Origin: a virus
IMG/VR virus record: IMGVR_UViG_642555139_000003
Direction: 5' to 3' (one strand)
DNA length: 64,000 nucleotides
The notes beneath the pieces were generated by a model. It searched no databases. It saw only the letters and a list, made by a program, of their open reading frames with translations, and had not been told where the DNA came from. Below are positions 10,353 through 19,866 of the stretch, one piece after another (the stretch's first letter is position 1; each line of letters starts with the position of its first letter). The position numbers were made by a program, and so were the translations under genes.

Positions 10353-13300
10353 CAGCTCTGCTTCCCTGACATCCTGTTGAGGCCGTACATGTCCTGCAGC
10401 GCCTGAGCGAGCGGGCCATTGCCGGCGAGGTCGGCGCCGATCACCGACCTGATGAACACGTCGGCCGACTGCCCCGTCTGCGTCCGTTTCTTCTGCACCT
10501 GCGGTGTCGTGCCGGCCGGCGGATGCACGTTCACCGTCATCTCGCCGCCGCCCCCCGACATCTCCGACAGCGTGCCGATCGCATTGGACAGGTTCTTGGC
10601 TGTGCGCCGGCTGAGCACGGGCTCACCCCGCTGCAGGATGGCAGGGATCTCGTCCGGCCCGAGCCCGAGGTTGCCCTTGTGGAACCGCGGGGCGCCCTGG
10701 AGCACCGACAGAGGGAAGGTGCGCGTCGAACTGCCGGCGCCCGCGATGCCGCCCTCGTGCAGCCACTCGAACGAGCCGACCGCGCCAGCGTTCACAGCAT
10801 CGAACGACCCGCCACCGCCACCGCCGGACAGGCCACCGAAGAGCGAGGTGATGAAGGACAGTGGGCCACCGCCACCGCCGACCGCGGCGGACGAGAGCCC
10901 GGATTTCAGCATGTTGATGAGCGGCTGCACGAGCGCAATCTGGACGCCGAGCCGGACGATGGTCTGGAGGAAGCTGCTGGCGACGTCGTCGAAGCTCTTG
11001 AACCCGAGAGCAGCCTCGCCCAGCTCGCCCGCGAAGTTGCCGACCGAATCCGCCGTCTGATCGATCCAGCGGTAATTCTGGTACTTCGACAGCGAGTCGG
11101 CGAGCGCCATGCCGTACTGATCGGCGGTGATCTTGCCCTCTGCGAGCAGCATGTTCAGCTTCTGCTGCTCGGCGTTCACCTGCGGCAGGATCTGCTCCGC
11201 GTTGCCGTAGGCCTGGATGATCGTGCGGTACTCCTTGCCGGCGTCGCGCATCACGAGCGCCTCGCGCAGCTGCTGAGCCTGCTGCGGCAGCGGCGCTCCA
11301 GCCTTGATCGCGTCCACGGTGTTCCGCAGCAGCGTGGGCTCGCCCTTGATCTTCTTCAGCTCCTCGATGAGCGCGCGATCCGTATCGGTGAAGAAGGCGG
11401 CGCGCCCCTCCTCGGTGAGGCGCTTCAGCCGATCCTCGAACTTCTCCTCCTCGGATTTGGGCTCCTTCTTCGGTTTCCGGCCGAGCGCGCTGATCCGCTT
11501 CTGGAGATCCTCCTGCTCACGAACGTTGCGCTCCACGGCCGCACGGTCGGCTGCGGGCGTGCGGGCCATAATCTCGTTCGTGGAGGCCTCGACCGATTTG
11601 CCCTCGGCGCGCAGGCGCATGTTTCGGGTCTTGGCCTCCAGGTCGGCCACCACCTTAGCCCCCTTCGCAGCCTCGGCCGCGATCGCCTCGGACACCTCCT
11701 TCCCGTCCGCGGAAACGCCGACCTTCACGACGACGTTCGCGACCATGCCATCGAGCTTCGAGATGTCGATGCCGAGAGCCTGCAGCGTGGCGCGGGCCGA
11801 CAGTGCTTTCTCAGTGGCCGCGGCGAGGCTGTCGATCAGAGGCGCGAAGCTTGGATTCGCATTGCGCAGCTCCTGGAGCTGCATCGCGTATTCCTCAACC
11901 GTCGTTTTGCCGGCGGTGAAGGCTGCTACCGCGTCGTAGACGTCGGTGGGCACAACCTTCTGAGATACGAGGCCCGAGGCCTCCGCCCTCGCCTGACCGA
12001 GGGCGGTTGCGAAATCGGCGATCTGCTCCCGCGAGGTCGAGAGCCCGGGGAACTCGATTCGGGTCTCGCTCAGCTCGGTGATGCTGTCCTTCACCGAATC
12101 CACGAAGGACTCGACCGCTGCCTTAGCCGCTGAGCCGTCGAACCGGGGCGCCCTCATCAAGTCGCGATCAAACGGCGAGTCGAAGACCGGTGTCGTCGCC
12201 TGCGAGGCCTTCAGCGCGGCCTGGGCATCCATCACGACCTTGATGCCGTCCTTCAGCCGCATGTAGCTGTCGATCGCCGCGTCGGCGTCTTTCCCGAAGC
12301 GCGGATCGACGTTGGCGATCGCGACGTAGAGGTCGCGGATCTGCTCAAGCGCCCGCCTTCCTTCCTCCGAGGCGGCCGGCTTCGTCGTCACGTCGACGAG
12401 CGCATTGGACAGGTTGATGCCCGTGGCCTGCGCCGCTGCGCCGGCCGGGCTGCTCGTATCTCGGTACGAGCTGTTCGATTGGAGCCGCTGTCCCAGACGG
12501 AGGAGGGTGTTTCGCTCATCGTTCAGGGATCGGAACGCGCCCTTCTGCAGCTCCCGGTACCGGACCGTGTCGGCATCGCTGAGGACCTTGCCCTTGGCGG
12601 CGTTATCGCTGACCTCCTTCGACCGCGCGGCGAGCTTGCTCAACGCGTCCGCATGATCCCGCGCCGCCTCCGCTGCCTTCGCCTGGCTGAGGGCATAGAG
12701 CGACAGGCCGACGGTCGCTGCCGTGAACGCGGCGCCGAGCGGCCCGCCGAGGAACGCCAACAGCGAGCCGAATCCTGCCTGCGCCAGCCGCATCGTGGTC
12801 GACAGCAGCGTCACCGCGGCGCCGGTCCGCGCTGCGGCCGTGGCCACACCTTCCTGCGCTAGCCGGTAGCCGGCAGCAGCGATGGTGGCTTGCTGCTGCG
12901 CAGCGCCGACCGCCTTCGTCGCGTTCGCCACCGCGTTCTGGCGCACCTCCTGGTCGGCGAGCCCTAGGATCTCGCGGCTCGTGTCGAGCTGGCCGGCGGC
13001 ATTGCGACGAGCGACGGCGGCGTCCGCGACCTGCACCATAAGCCCGCGGTTGGTCTCACCTCGCTCGATCGACATCCTGTCGATGACGGCAGTCTTCATC
13101 TCGCGATCGGCCGCCGCGACCTTCCGCTTGGCTTCCTCGACGCGTCCGCTCGCCGCCACGACGCGCTCGGCCGCCTCCGCCTCGGCCTTTCGCAGATCCT
13201 CCTGGATTGCCGTCGTCGATGCGATGGCCTTGTTCAGCTGCTCCTGCACGCCGAGGCGCGAGTCCTGGAAGCGCCCGCGCGCCGCGTTCTCCCGCTCGAC

Positions 13301-15286
13301 GGCGACCGTCAGCTGTTCCTGGAGGCGGAGGCGTCGAGCGCCCGTCTCGGTACCGACATCAGCCTCGACGGAGTCGAGCCGCGCTCGCGCCTCGGCGGTC
13401 GCGCGAGTCGCCCTCTCCAGCTGATCGGCCTGCGACTGCCGGAACTCCGAACGCCTCTGCGCTTCAGCAAGGTCCGGGCTGCCGCCATCGGAGCGGCGGC
13501 GGAACTCTCTGATTTCCTGCTCGCGGATCCGATTGCGGGTCACCTCCTCGCGCGAGAGCGCCGCGTTGTAGGCATCCTGAGCCCGCTGCCGGCGCTCATC
13601 GATCGATGCCGAGGCGGCCTGGTCCTCGTCGACGATCCTCTGCCGGATCGAGGCGGTTTCGCGCATGGCGCGTTCGAGCTGATCGCGAAGGCCTCGCCCG
13701 CCGCCGGCCGCCACATCACCCGGCGCCGCCTCACGCGCGCGGAACTCGGCGATCGCGGCCTCGTGCAGACGATTGCGGAGCACTTCCTCCTTGCTGACCG
13801 CCTCATTCAGTCGATCCTGCAGGCGGACGCGGCGGTCATCACCGGACGGGGCCGCTGCCCCGCTGGCCCGGTCCAACTCGATCGACGAGCGGGTCAGCTC
13901 GCGTTGCGCCCCCGTCAGAGCCTTCCGCTGCTCGACGAGATCTTTGCTGTTCCGGATCTCCTCGGCGGATCGAGTGATCGACGTGAGGTCGACGGTGCTG
14001 GCCTTCTGCGCGACGGACCGATATTCGGCATCCGCCTTCGCCAGGGCCGCGGCATCGGCCTCGACCGCCCTGCGCACGCGCTCCCGATTCCGCAGCTGAT
14101 CGCTGTCGGCGAACGAGTCGATGTCCGATCTGGCGCGGCTACGCAGTTCAGCCGCCTGCCCTCCGGCGCTCACCAGCCGTTCGCCGGCTGCCTGCTCGGC
14201 GGCCCGCGCCTGCGCAAGCGCCGCATCCCGCTGGGCGAACTCTTCCTTGAAAGGCGCCTGCACGGCCGCGATCCCGCGCCCGGTCATCCGCGCCGCGAAC
14301 ACGGCGGCGAGGAGAGGCGCCACCACGGCTGCCGTGTCGCCGAGGACGTGCAGGTTCTCCGACAGGGAGATAATGCCGGCGGCGAGGGCCGCGGTCGCGC
14401 CGAGGGATTGGTCCGCCTGCCCGATGTAGCGGGTGAACGCGTTGTCGAGCACGACCAGCGACTGAGCCACCGTCGGCTTCATCTGCCGGAAGCGCTCCTC
14501 GACCTCATTCCCGGATTTCAGCAGGGCGCGGAACACGCGGTCGGAGGTCAGCTGCCCTTCCGAGCCCATGGCCTTCAGCTCGCCGACGGCGACGCCGAAC
14601 TCCCGCGCGATGGCCTGTGCCAGCAGCGGCGCGTTCTCCAGGATGGAGCGCAGCTCGTCGCCCTGCAGCCGGCCGGCGCCGAGGGCCTGCGTCAGCTGCA
14701 CCGCCGCGCCCGCAGCTTCCTGTGTGGTCGCGCCGCCGGTGATGAGCGACTTCTGCACGGTCTCGACGACCCGCAGGATGTCGGCCTGCGATGCCTTCAG
14801 CGCGCTTGAGCTGAGGGTGAGGCGCTGGAACAGCGTCGCTGTCGTCTCGTAGCCGGAGCGGGTGCGCTGAGCGATCTCGAAGATTTCGCGCTCGGCGGCG
14901 ACGCGCTCCTTCTGCCCATCGACCACCGCGGCGATCTTGTTCTGAACGTTGCTGTAGGCGTCGGCCGTGTCGACGACGACCTTGGTCGCGAAGGCGCCGG
15001 CAAAGCCGCCAGTCGCGAGCGCCGTGATCGCCAGCATCGAGGCCCGCAGGCGCTGGATCGAAGTCTCGGCGCGGAGGGCGGAGGTCGCGAGGGCGCGGAA
15101 GGCATCGGGCTGGAAGCCGGCGGCGCGGCGATTCAGGTCGTCGACCGATCGGGCGGTGTTCCCCAGCGACCGCGTCATGCGCGCGGTCTGCTGCTCGACC
15201 AGCGCCGCGTTGCGCGTCATCGATTGCTGGAAGCGGGCGGTATCGTCTTCGAGGAAGACAGAGATGCCGCCGATCACCGCCGTCAT
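10352..15286 (-). CDS. Tape measure protein (1644 aa)
   Basis: Tape_meas-like N-terminal domain (QLTQALGAGRLQGDELRSILENAP), long Ala-rich coiled coil, and C-terminal FHKG...EIPAILQRGE motif. Confidence 0.93.
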   Translation of the reverse strand: MTAVIGGISVFLEDDTARFQQSMTRNAALVEQQTARMTRSLGNTARSVDDLNRRAAGFQPDAFRALATSALRAETSIQRLRASMLAITALATGGFAGAFATKVVVDTADAYSNVQNKIAAVVDGQKERVAAEREIFEIAQRTRSGYETTATLFQRLTLSSSALKASQADILRVVETVQKSLITGGATTQEAAGAAVQLTQALGAGRLQGDELRSILENAPLLAQAIAREFGVAVGELKAMGSEGQLTSDRVFRALLKSGNEVEERFRQMKPTVAQSLVVLDNAFTRYIGQADQSLGATAALAAGIISLSENLHVLGDTAAVVAPLLAAVFAARMTGRGIAAVQAPFKEEFAQRDAALAQARAAEQAAGERLVSAGGQAAELRSRARSDIDSFADSDQLRNRERVRRAVEADAAALAKADAEYRSVAQKASTVDLTSITRSAEEIRNSKDLVEQRKALTGAQRELTRSSIELDRASGAAAPSGDDRRVRLQDRLNEAVSKEEVLRNRLHEAAIAEFRAREAAPGDVAAGGGRGLRDQLERAMRETASIRQRIVDEDQAASASIDERRQRAQDAYNAALSREEVTRNRIREQEIREFRRRSDGGSPDLAEAQRRSEFRQSQADQLERATRATAEARARLDSVEADVGTETGARRLRLQEQLTVAVERENAARGRFQDSRLGVQEQLNKAIASTTAIQEDLRKAEAEAAERVVAASGRVEEAKRKVAAADREMKTAVIDRMSIERGETNRGLMVQVADAAVARRNAAGQLDTSREILGLADQEVRQNAVANATKAVGAAQQQATIAAAGYRLAQEGVATAAARTGAAVTLLSTTMRLAQAGFGSLLAFLGGPLGAAFTAATVGLSLYALSQAKAAEAARDHADALSKLAARSKEVSDNAAKGKVLSDADTVRYRELQKGAFRSLNDERNTLLRLGQRLQSNSSYRDTSSPAGAAAQATGINLSNALVDVTTKPAASEEGRRALEQIRDLYVAIANVDPRFGKDADAAIDSYMRLKDGIKVVMDAQAALKASQATTPVFDSPFDRDLMRAPRFDGSAAKAAVESFVDSVKDSITELSETRIEFPGLSTSREQIADFATALGQARAEASGLVSQKVVPTDVYDAVAAFTAGKTTVEEYAMQLQELRNANPSFAPLIDSLAAATEKALSARATLQALGIDISKLDGMVANVVVKVGVSADGKEVSEAIAAEAAKGAKVVADLEAKTRNMRLRAEGKSVEASTNEIMARTPAADRAAVERNVREQEDLQKRISALGRKPKKEPKSEEEKFEDRLKRLTEEGRAAFFTDTDRALIEELKKIKGEPTLLRNTVDAIKAGAPLPQQAQQLREALVMRDAGKEYRTIIQAYGNAEQILPQVNAEQQKLNMLLAEGKITADQYGMALADSLSKYQNYRWIDQTADSVGNFAGELGEAALGFKSFDDVASSFLQTIVRLGVQIALVQPLINMLKSGLSSAAVGGGGGPLSFITSLFGGLSGGGGGGSFDAVNAGAVGSFEWLHEGGIAGAGSSTRTFPLSVLQGAPRFHKGNLGLGPDEIPAILQRGEPVLSRRTAKNLSNAIGTLSEMSGGGGEMTVNVHPPAGTTPQVQKKRTQTGQSADVFIRSVIGADLAGNGPLAQALQDMYGLNRMSGKQS

Positions 15287-15556
15287 CTACGACTCCTTCG
15301 TCTGGTCGATCACCGGGATGCCCGCCATGCGGAACATTTCGGCGACCGCCTCGACACCTCCCTTCTCGGAGACGCGGCTCATCCTCTTGGCGTGCAGGTA
15401 CCGGCGAATCTCCTCGCCGAGGGATTTCGGGCTGTTGACGCCCAGCGCGATCAGGCGGCCAAACTCCAGCCGCTCTTCGGTGGAAGCGTCACCGCGCACC
15501 TGGAGCCACCGCACGATTTCGCACGGCGCGAGGCCCCAGGCCTCCGCCACGGACAT
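15287..15556 (-). CDS. Tail assembly chaperone T segment (C-terminal part of the -1 frameshift G-T product)
   Basis: In frame with the -1 product of 15577..16074 at the slippery A AAC CCT (15619-15625). Confidence 0.75.
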   Translation of the reverse strand: MSVAEAWGLAPCEIVRWLQVRGDASTEERLEFGRLIALGVNSPKSLGEEIRRYLHAKRMSRVSEKGGVEAVAEMFRMAGIPVIDQTKES

Positions 15557-15576
15557 GCCGTGTTCGTAGGCCCGCT

Positions 15577-16074
15577 CTACGAGGCGAAGGACGTCGGGCC
15601 TTCCGTCGTCGCCATCGGAGGGTTTTCAACGGCGCCGCCCTCGACCTCATCGCGCACGCGCGCCGCCTGCTCCCGCATCATGTCGGCGAGCTGATCCGGC
15701 GTCATGCCCCAGCGTGACCACGTTACGCCCGCGGTGATGATGTCGGCCGTGTCGGCGAATGAGAACGGGAGATCATCCCACCACTCGGCGGCGCGCTTCA
15801 GCGGCACCAGACGCTCGCCGTCCCGCTGCTTCAGCCCGATCTTGAGCAGGTTAAAGAGCACGTGCGGGTCGTGCATCTCGGCGCGCCCGAGCAGCGTCGT
15901 CCAGAAGTTGCCGCTGACCCGGTTCGTGCCCGGCTCGACCTTCATGGCCTCCCGCGGGTCGGGCCCATACAGCGTGTAGAGCTTGAGGATGTCGGACGTC
16001 GTGAATTTCAGGATGACGTCCTCGCCGGCAAGCGGGAACGGCGTCTCGCCGGCGAACGGGTTGTGCAGGGTCAT
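15577..16074 (-). CDS. Tail assembly chaperone (G-like)
   Basis: Between the tail tube and tape measure genes, with a slippery heptamer near the 3' end. Confidence 0.8.
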   Translation of the reverse strand: MTLHNPFAGETPFPLAGEDVILKFTTSDILKLYTLYGPDPREAMKVEPGTNRVSGNFWTTLLGRAEMHDPHVLFNLLKIGLKQRDGERLVPLKRAAEWWDDLPFSFADTADIITAGVTWSRWGMTPDQLADMMREQAARVRDEVEGGAVENPPMATTEGPTSFAS

Positions 16075-16085
16075 GACGCCTCAGG

Positions 16086-16523
16086 TCAGGTGATGGTCGC
16101 GACAGTGACGGCGCCCGAGATCTTCATGCGCCAGGTGTGCTCCATGATGCCGTCGGGGGTGACCCCACCGAAGCCACGCTGCGTGCACAGCGCCTTGAAG
16201 CTGAGGCCCTTGGACTGACCGTTGAACTTCAGCTGGAAGCTCACGGGCTGCTTGGACAGGAAGGCCTTGTCCATGCCCGCGGTCTCGCCATGGCTCACCT
16301 CGTCCATGAGCAGCTGCGCGCGCACGCCGAACTCGTCGCCATCGGCTAGGCCGCCGATGTACTCCTTCGCCAGCGAGTCGAGCGTGGTGCTCTCGACCAG
16401 CGGCGTGGTCTGGGTGATCGGGTCGATACCCATGATTTTGGCGACCGCGGTGAAGGCCTCCGTCGCCGCGCCGTCGCCGAGCTTGAGGACCGATCCTGCG
16501 CCGATTGAAGGTTTATCCGGCAT
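16086..16523 (-). CDS. Major tail tube protein
   Basis: VESTTLDSLAKEYIGGLADG and WRMKISG motifs typical of lambdoid tube proteins. Confidence 0.85.
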   Translation of the reverse strand: MPDKPSIGAGSVLKLGDGAATEAFTAVAKIMGIDPITQTTPLVESTTLDSLAKEYIGGLADGDEFGVRAQLLMDEVSHGETAGMDKAFLSKQPVSFQLKFNGQSKGLSFKALCTQRGFGGVTPDGIMEHTWRMKISGAVTVATIT

Positions 16524-16536
16524 GTCTCACGCGCTC

Positions 16537-16830
16537 CTACTTGAAGTGCTTCGGGTTGCGGGCACGCACAGTGTCCTCGCTCACGGTCGCGTACCCGCAA
16601 CGCAGGCACTCGAAATTTCTGAAATCAGCCCACTTGCCGATCTTGTCGCCGAGTTTGCAGACGTCGGGTGCACAGTGTCGATCTGATGCCTCGACATCAT
16701 CGGCGTCTGGGTCGTCGAGGGTTGCGCCCGCGCGCGCCTTTGTCTGCATCGAGCCTTTCGGAGATGGCGCGGCCGGAGCTTCACCATTTTCTCGATGGAC
16801 GGCATCTTTGCTCTCGGTTCGGTCGCTCAT
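16537..16830 (-). CDS. Hypothetical protein with Cys motifs (C..C, CLRC)
   Basis: Fills the gap between the tail terminator and tube genes on the same strand, with a GAGG SD. Confidence 0.6.
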   Translation of the reverse strand: MSDRTESKDAVHRENGEAPAAPSPKGSMQTKARAGATLDDPDADDVEASDRHCAPDVCKLGDKIGKWADFRNFECLRCGYATVSEDTVRARNPKHFK

Positions 16831-16837
16831 GCAGGCC

Positions 16838-17227
16838 TCACGCTGGTGAATGCGTGATCCGGAAGTCGAGGACGCGCCGCTTGATCGAGGACGTGTCGTC
16901 GGCCAACGGAACGTCGCTGACTACTCGACAGGCCTGTATGTTTTCGTCGTCGGCCAAACCAACGCGGTTGTTCAGGATCCGCAGAACATGCTCGCCCACC
17001 CGGTGGGCCTCAGCGTAGGTCGTCCCGCGGCACTCAATCGAGATGCGGCGGGTCCAGGGCGGGGCCGCACCCTCAATCGTCTCGGCCGGCGCGCCCGACG
17101 ACGGGTACTGGATGATGTCGGGATAGTCGCCGAGCTGCTCGGCATCCAGGAAATAGACCCGGTCGCCAACCACGGCTGACAGCTGCTGATCCGCGCGCAA
17201 CAGCGCGGCGATGCCGGCGTAGATCAT
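16838..17227 (-). CDS. Tail terminator/completion protein (DUF3168-like)
   Basis: IAALLRAD..L...VGDRVY motif; synteny. Confidence 0.8.
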   Translation of the reverse strand: MIYAGIAALLRADQQLSAVVGDRVYFLDAEQLGDYPDIIQYPSSGAPAETIEGAAPPWTRRISIECRGTTYAEAHRVGEHVLRILNNRVGLADDENIQACRVVSDVPLADDTSSIKRRVLDFRITHSPA

Positions 17228-17706
17228 CGGCGCCCGCTCCTGATGGCAATGCGCTGCGCAGCCGCCTCCACCTCGCTGGCGATCGCGCGGAAGTAGGTCA
17301 GCGCCGCACGCGAGACGTTCGCCTCGAGGGCCGGGCGGAGCGCGGGCTTCGGCCGGGCGCCGGGGTGCCAGATGCCGCCGAACCTGTTGGGCTGAAAATG
17401 CGGCGCGGTGCCGAACTCGGGAAAGTGGCTGTAGCCGGCCGGGCGGTGCTTCTTGAACACGCCCTCCCGCGCGCCGACGAGAGAGCGATCGCGGCGCTGC
17501 GGATCCTGGCCGATCCCGATCGAGGCCACCAGCGCACCGGTCTGGTTCGAGTCGTTGGCGTTCAGGTTCTCGATATAGTCCTGCCGGATCGGCTCCAGCG
17601 CCTCGGCGCGCGCGCGGCGCCGGGCGGCGGCCGTCGGCGCCCTGGAGAGTTCACGGAAGGCTGCGGCCAGCTGCTTGCCGCCGCGGACGCCGTAGCGGGT
17701 CGCCAT
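17224..17706 (-). CDS. HK97 gp10-like neck protein
   Basis: TGALVASI, HFPEFGT and PKPALRPAL motifs. Confidence 0.85.
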   Translation of the reverse strand: MATRYGVRGGKQLAAAFRELSRAPTAAARRRARAEALEPIRQDYIENLNANDSNQTGALVASIGIGQDPQRRDRSLVGAREGVFKKHRPAGYSHFPEFGTAPHFQPNRFGGIWHPGARPKPALRPALEANVSRAALTYFRAIASEVEAAAQRIAIRSGRR

Positions 17707-18083
17707 CAGACCGGGAGCCTCTTTCGGATCCCGCGGACGCGCACCTCCTTCCGGTGCACCTCGTCGGGGAAAACGCCGTCGATGTCGTAGAGCAAGCCGG
17801 CCGGAGTACCGTTGTCGACGCGCAGAACCATCTTCGAGTTCAGGCTGTCACCGTCGCCCAGCGGATCCATGACGTCCTCATAGGCGAACCAGAAATCCTC
17901 GGTTTCCTGCTGGCTGGTCTCGCGGGCGAGCGTGAGTTCGCCTCCGCGCAGGCCCTGCTTCTTCGCCCAGGCGCTCGACCACACCGACCACTTCGAGATG
18001 TCGGTCTCGGTCTCGCCGAGGGTGCTCCGCGGCGGTCGCTGGAGGATGTCGCAGAAGCTGGTGCGCTCGCCCGCGGTCGCCAT
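17706..18083 (-). CDS. Head-tail adaptor/closure protein
   Basis: Likely start ATG 18083; WAKKQGLRGGE..A and YDIDGV motifs; synteny. Confidence 0.75.
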   Translation of the reverse strand: MATAGERTSFCDILQRPPRSTLGETETDISKWSVWSSAWAKKQGLRGGELTLARETSQQETEDFWFAYEDVMDPLGDGDSLNSKMVLRVDNGTPAGLLYDIDGVFPDEVHRKEVRVRGIRKRLPV

Positions 18084-18418
18084 CAGGTCACCAGGGTGTT
18101 CAGCAGGCCGAGCCAGACAGCCTTGCAGAGGACGTGCAGCAGCTGGTCGGTGTTGTAGGAAATCCGGCCGGCGCACTTTGCGTGGTCGATCGCGGCGTGA
18201 GCTACGAACTCGGCGCCCGCCAGCACCCAGGATCCAGTGGCAAGCTGCACGGCTCCCGCATGAATCGCAGCATGGCACATGAGGGCGCCGGGCCAGATGG
18301 CCTCGCCCGGCACGAGGCTGAGCGTGTGGTTCTTCGCCCTGCTGAGCCAATCGCCCTGCAGCGGATAGTCGGCGAGCGCGTGTCCGATCAGCATCCAGAG
18401 GAGAGGCTCAAGGATCAT
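18083..18418 (-). CDS. DUF3307-like membrane protein
   Basis: GHALADYPLQGDWL, HAAIHA, HAAIDHAK and DQLLH motifs. Confidence 0.75.
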   Translation of the reverse strand: MILEPLLWMLIGHALADYPLQGDWLSRAKNHTLSLVPGEAIWPGALMCHAAIHAGAVQLATGSWVLAGAEFVAHAAIDHAKCAGRISYNTDQLLHVLCKAVWLGLLNTLVT

Positions 18419-19041
18419 CACCGGATCCCCGCATAATCGAGCGGCACGATCCACTTCTCCAGGAGCTTCGACGCGCCCAGCTCGATGCTCCGCGACACCA
18501 CGGTGACGCGGTTGTCGCCGAACGTCTCCTCGCGGTTGTCGTAGAAGTGGGCCGCGATCAGCCGCAGCGCCCGGCGGAAGGCTCGGGGCACGGACGCGGC
18601 ATCCGGCCAGCCGGCCGAGAACTCGATCACGACGCTGTCGCGGCCATCCACCATGCCGGCGAGGACCGTACCGGGCATGATGATGACGCTGGCGTCGATC
18701 CCGTCGGCGGTTCGCTCGACGCGGAAGGCGCTCGGCAGCAGATCCACCGGAGCGGCGCCGCCGATCGTCGCCGAGATCTTCGTGACGGCGCGGGTGCCAT
18801 GAACGGGGAGGGTGAACCGGTACCCGCACCATCGGGTCAGCGTGAAGCGATAGCTCTGCGGGAGCACCGCCCGCCGGCACTTGCCCTCGACGCCGTCGAT
18901 GAAGCCCCACGCGTCGAGGATGCACTCCTTGATGAAGTCGTTCTCGCGGTTCGTGACGATACGCTTCTGCGCCTTCATCTGCTCGACGCTGACCAGCGTG
19001 AGCACATCGGTCTCCGAAGGTCCGCTGGTCAGCTCAAGCAC
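18418..19041 (-). CDS. Head-tail connector (HK97 gp6-like)
   Basis: LVSVEQMKAQKRI and ALRLIAAHFYDNRE motifs. Confidence 0.85.
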   Translation of the reverse strand: MLELTSGPSETDVLTLVSVEQMKAQKRIVTNRENDFIKECILDAWGFIDGVEGKCRRAVLPQSYRFTLTRWCGYRFTLPVHGTRAVTKISATIGGAAPVDLLPSAFRVERTADGIDASVIIMPGTVLAGMVDGRDSVVIEFSAGWPDAASVPRAFRRALRLIAAHFYDNREETFGDNRVTVVSRSIELGASKLLEKWIVPLDYAGIR

Positions 19042-19050
19042 GGGGCAGGT

Positions 19051-19230
19051 TCACTTCGTCTGGTAGTCACCGCCCTTGCAACGGCCGGGCTCTTGGCCGG
19101 TCCGCTCACGACCCGATGTCATGGAGCGGTCTGCGTAGCCGCGGCGGTCATCGCGCCGCGGCTGCTGCTCGCGGGACGATCCGTCCCGCGGCTGACGTTC
19201 ACTCGGACGATCCGCCACCCGATCCTCCAT
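19051..19230 (-). CDS. Small hypothetical protein (59 aa)
   Basis: ATG 19230; fills the gap before the connector and ends KGGDYQTK. Confidence 0.45.
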   Translation of the reverse strand: MEDRVADRPSERQPRDGSSREQQPRRDDRRGYADRSMTSGRERTGQEPGRCKGGDYQTK

Positions 19231-19792
19231 TCGCAGCGTCGTTCTGGTTCGCGCCCGGTACCGAGGCCGAGGTGAGCGCCCCGGGAACCGTCGCGTGCGA
19301 GGGAGCTGCCGCCGCCGCATCGGTCTTCGAGTGATCGATCGCCTCACGGATGATGAAATCCGCCTGTTCGCCGCTGATCTCCTGGTAGCGACGCAGGCTG
19401 AGGACGGCGGCCAGCTTCCGCTTCTCGGAAATCGGCAAGGCCTCCCAGCCCTCCGGGATCGCCGCAGCGGGCATCGGTGCTGGCGGGCTCTGCATCGTGC
19501 CGGGCGCCGTCTGCGCGCGCGGCGAGACCTCGGGCTGCTGATCGTAGGCGTGCTGCCGCTGCGTCGTCTCGGCGCCGTGGACCGGGGCGGGATCGACGAC
19601 CGTGGCAGGTTTCGCCTTCATCTCGGACTTCGCCGGCAGGCGAGCGATGCCGCTGTTGATCTGGATGACCGCGGCGGCGGCCGGAAAGCCGGCGATCTGC
19701 CCCGTCTGATAGGGCGCGTAGGCCTGAACGATCATCAGCGGCACGAGGCCGGTGCGCTTGTCGATGTACTGCTCGATCTCCTGGAGGTCCAT
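19199..19792 (-). CDS. Hypothetical capsid-adjacent protein
   Basis: Directly after the capsid gene, GGTGG SD, low-complexity C-terminus. Confidence 0.65.
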   Translation of the reverse strand: MDLQEIEQYIDKRTGLVPLMIVQAYAPYQTGQIAGFPAAAAVIQINSGIARLPAKSEMKAKPATVVDPAPVHGAETTQRQHAYDQQPEVSPRAQTAPGTMQSPPAPMPAAAIPEGWEALPISEKRKLAAVLSLRRYQEISGEQADFIIREAIDHSKTDAAAAAPSHATVPGALTSASVPGANQNDAANGGSGGGSSE

Positions 19793-19866
19793 TTTCGTCC
19801 ACCTTGCTGCGGGGTGCGGGGCTCGCCCGCCCGGCTCATCCGGACGGGCGCATCAGAGGCAGGGCG

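Noticed and set aside
10523-12133. Long opposite-strand or alternate-frame ORFs (also 160-1689, 19804-21339, 23650-25860, 29522-30964, 54304-56205, 57267-58748, 62815-63960)
   Set aside because: Shadow ORFs of high-GC genes; no motifs, and they overlap well-supported phage genes.
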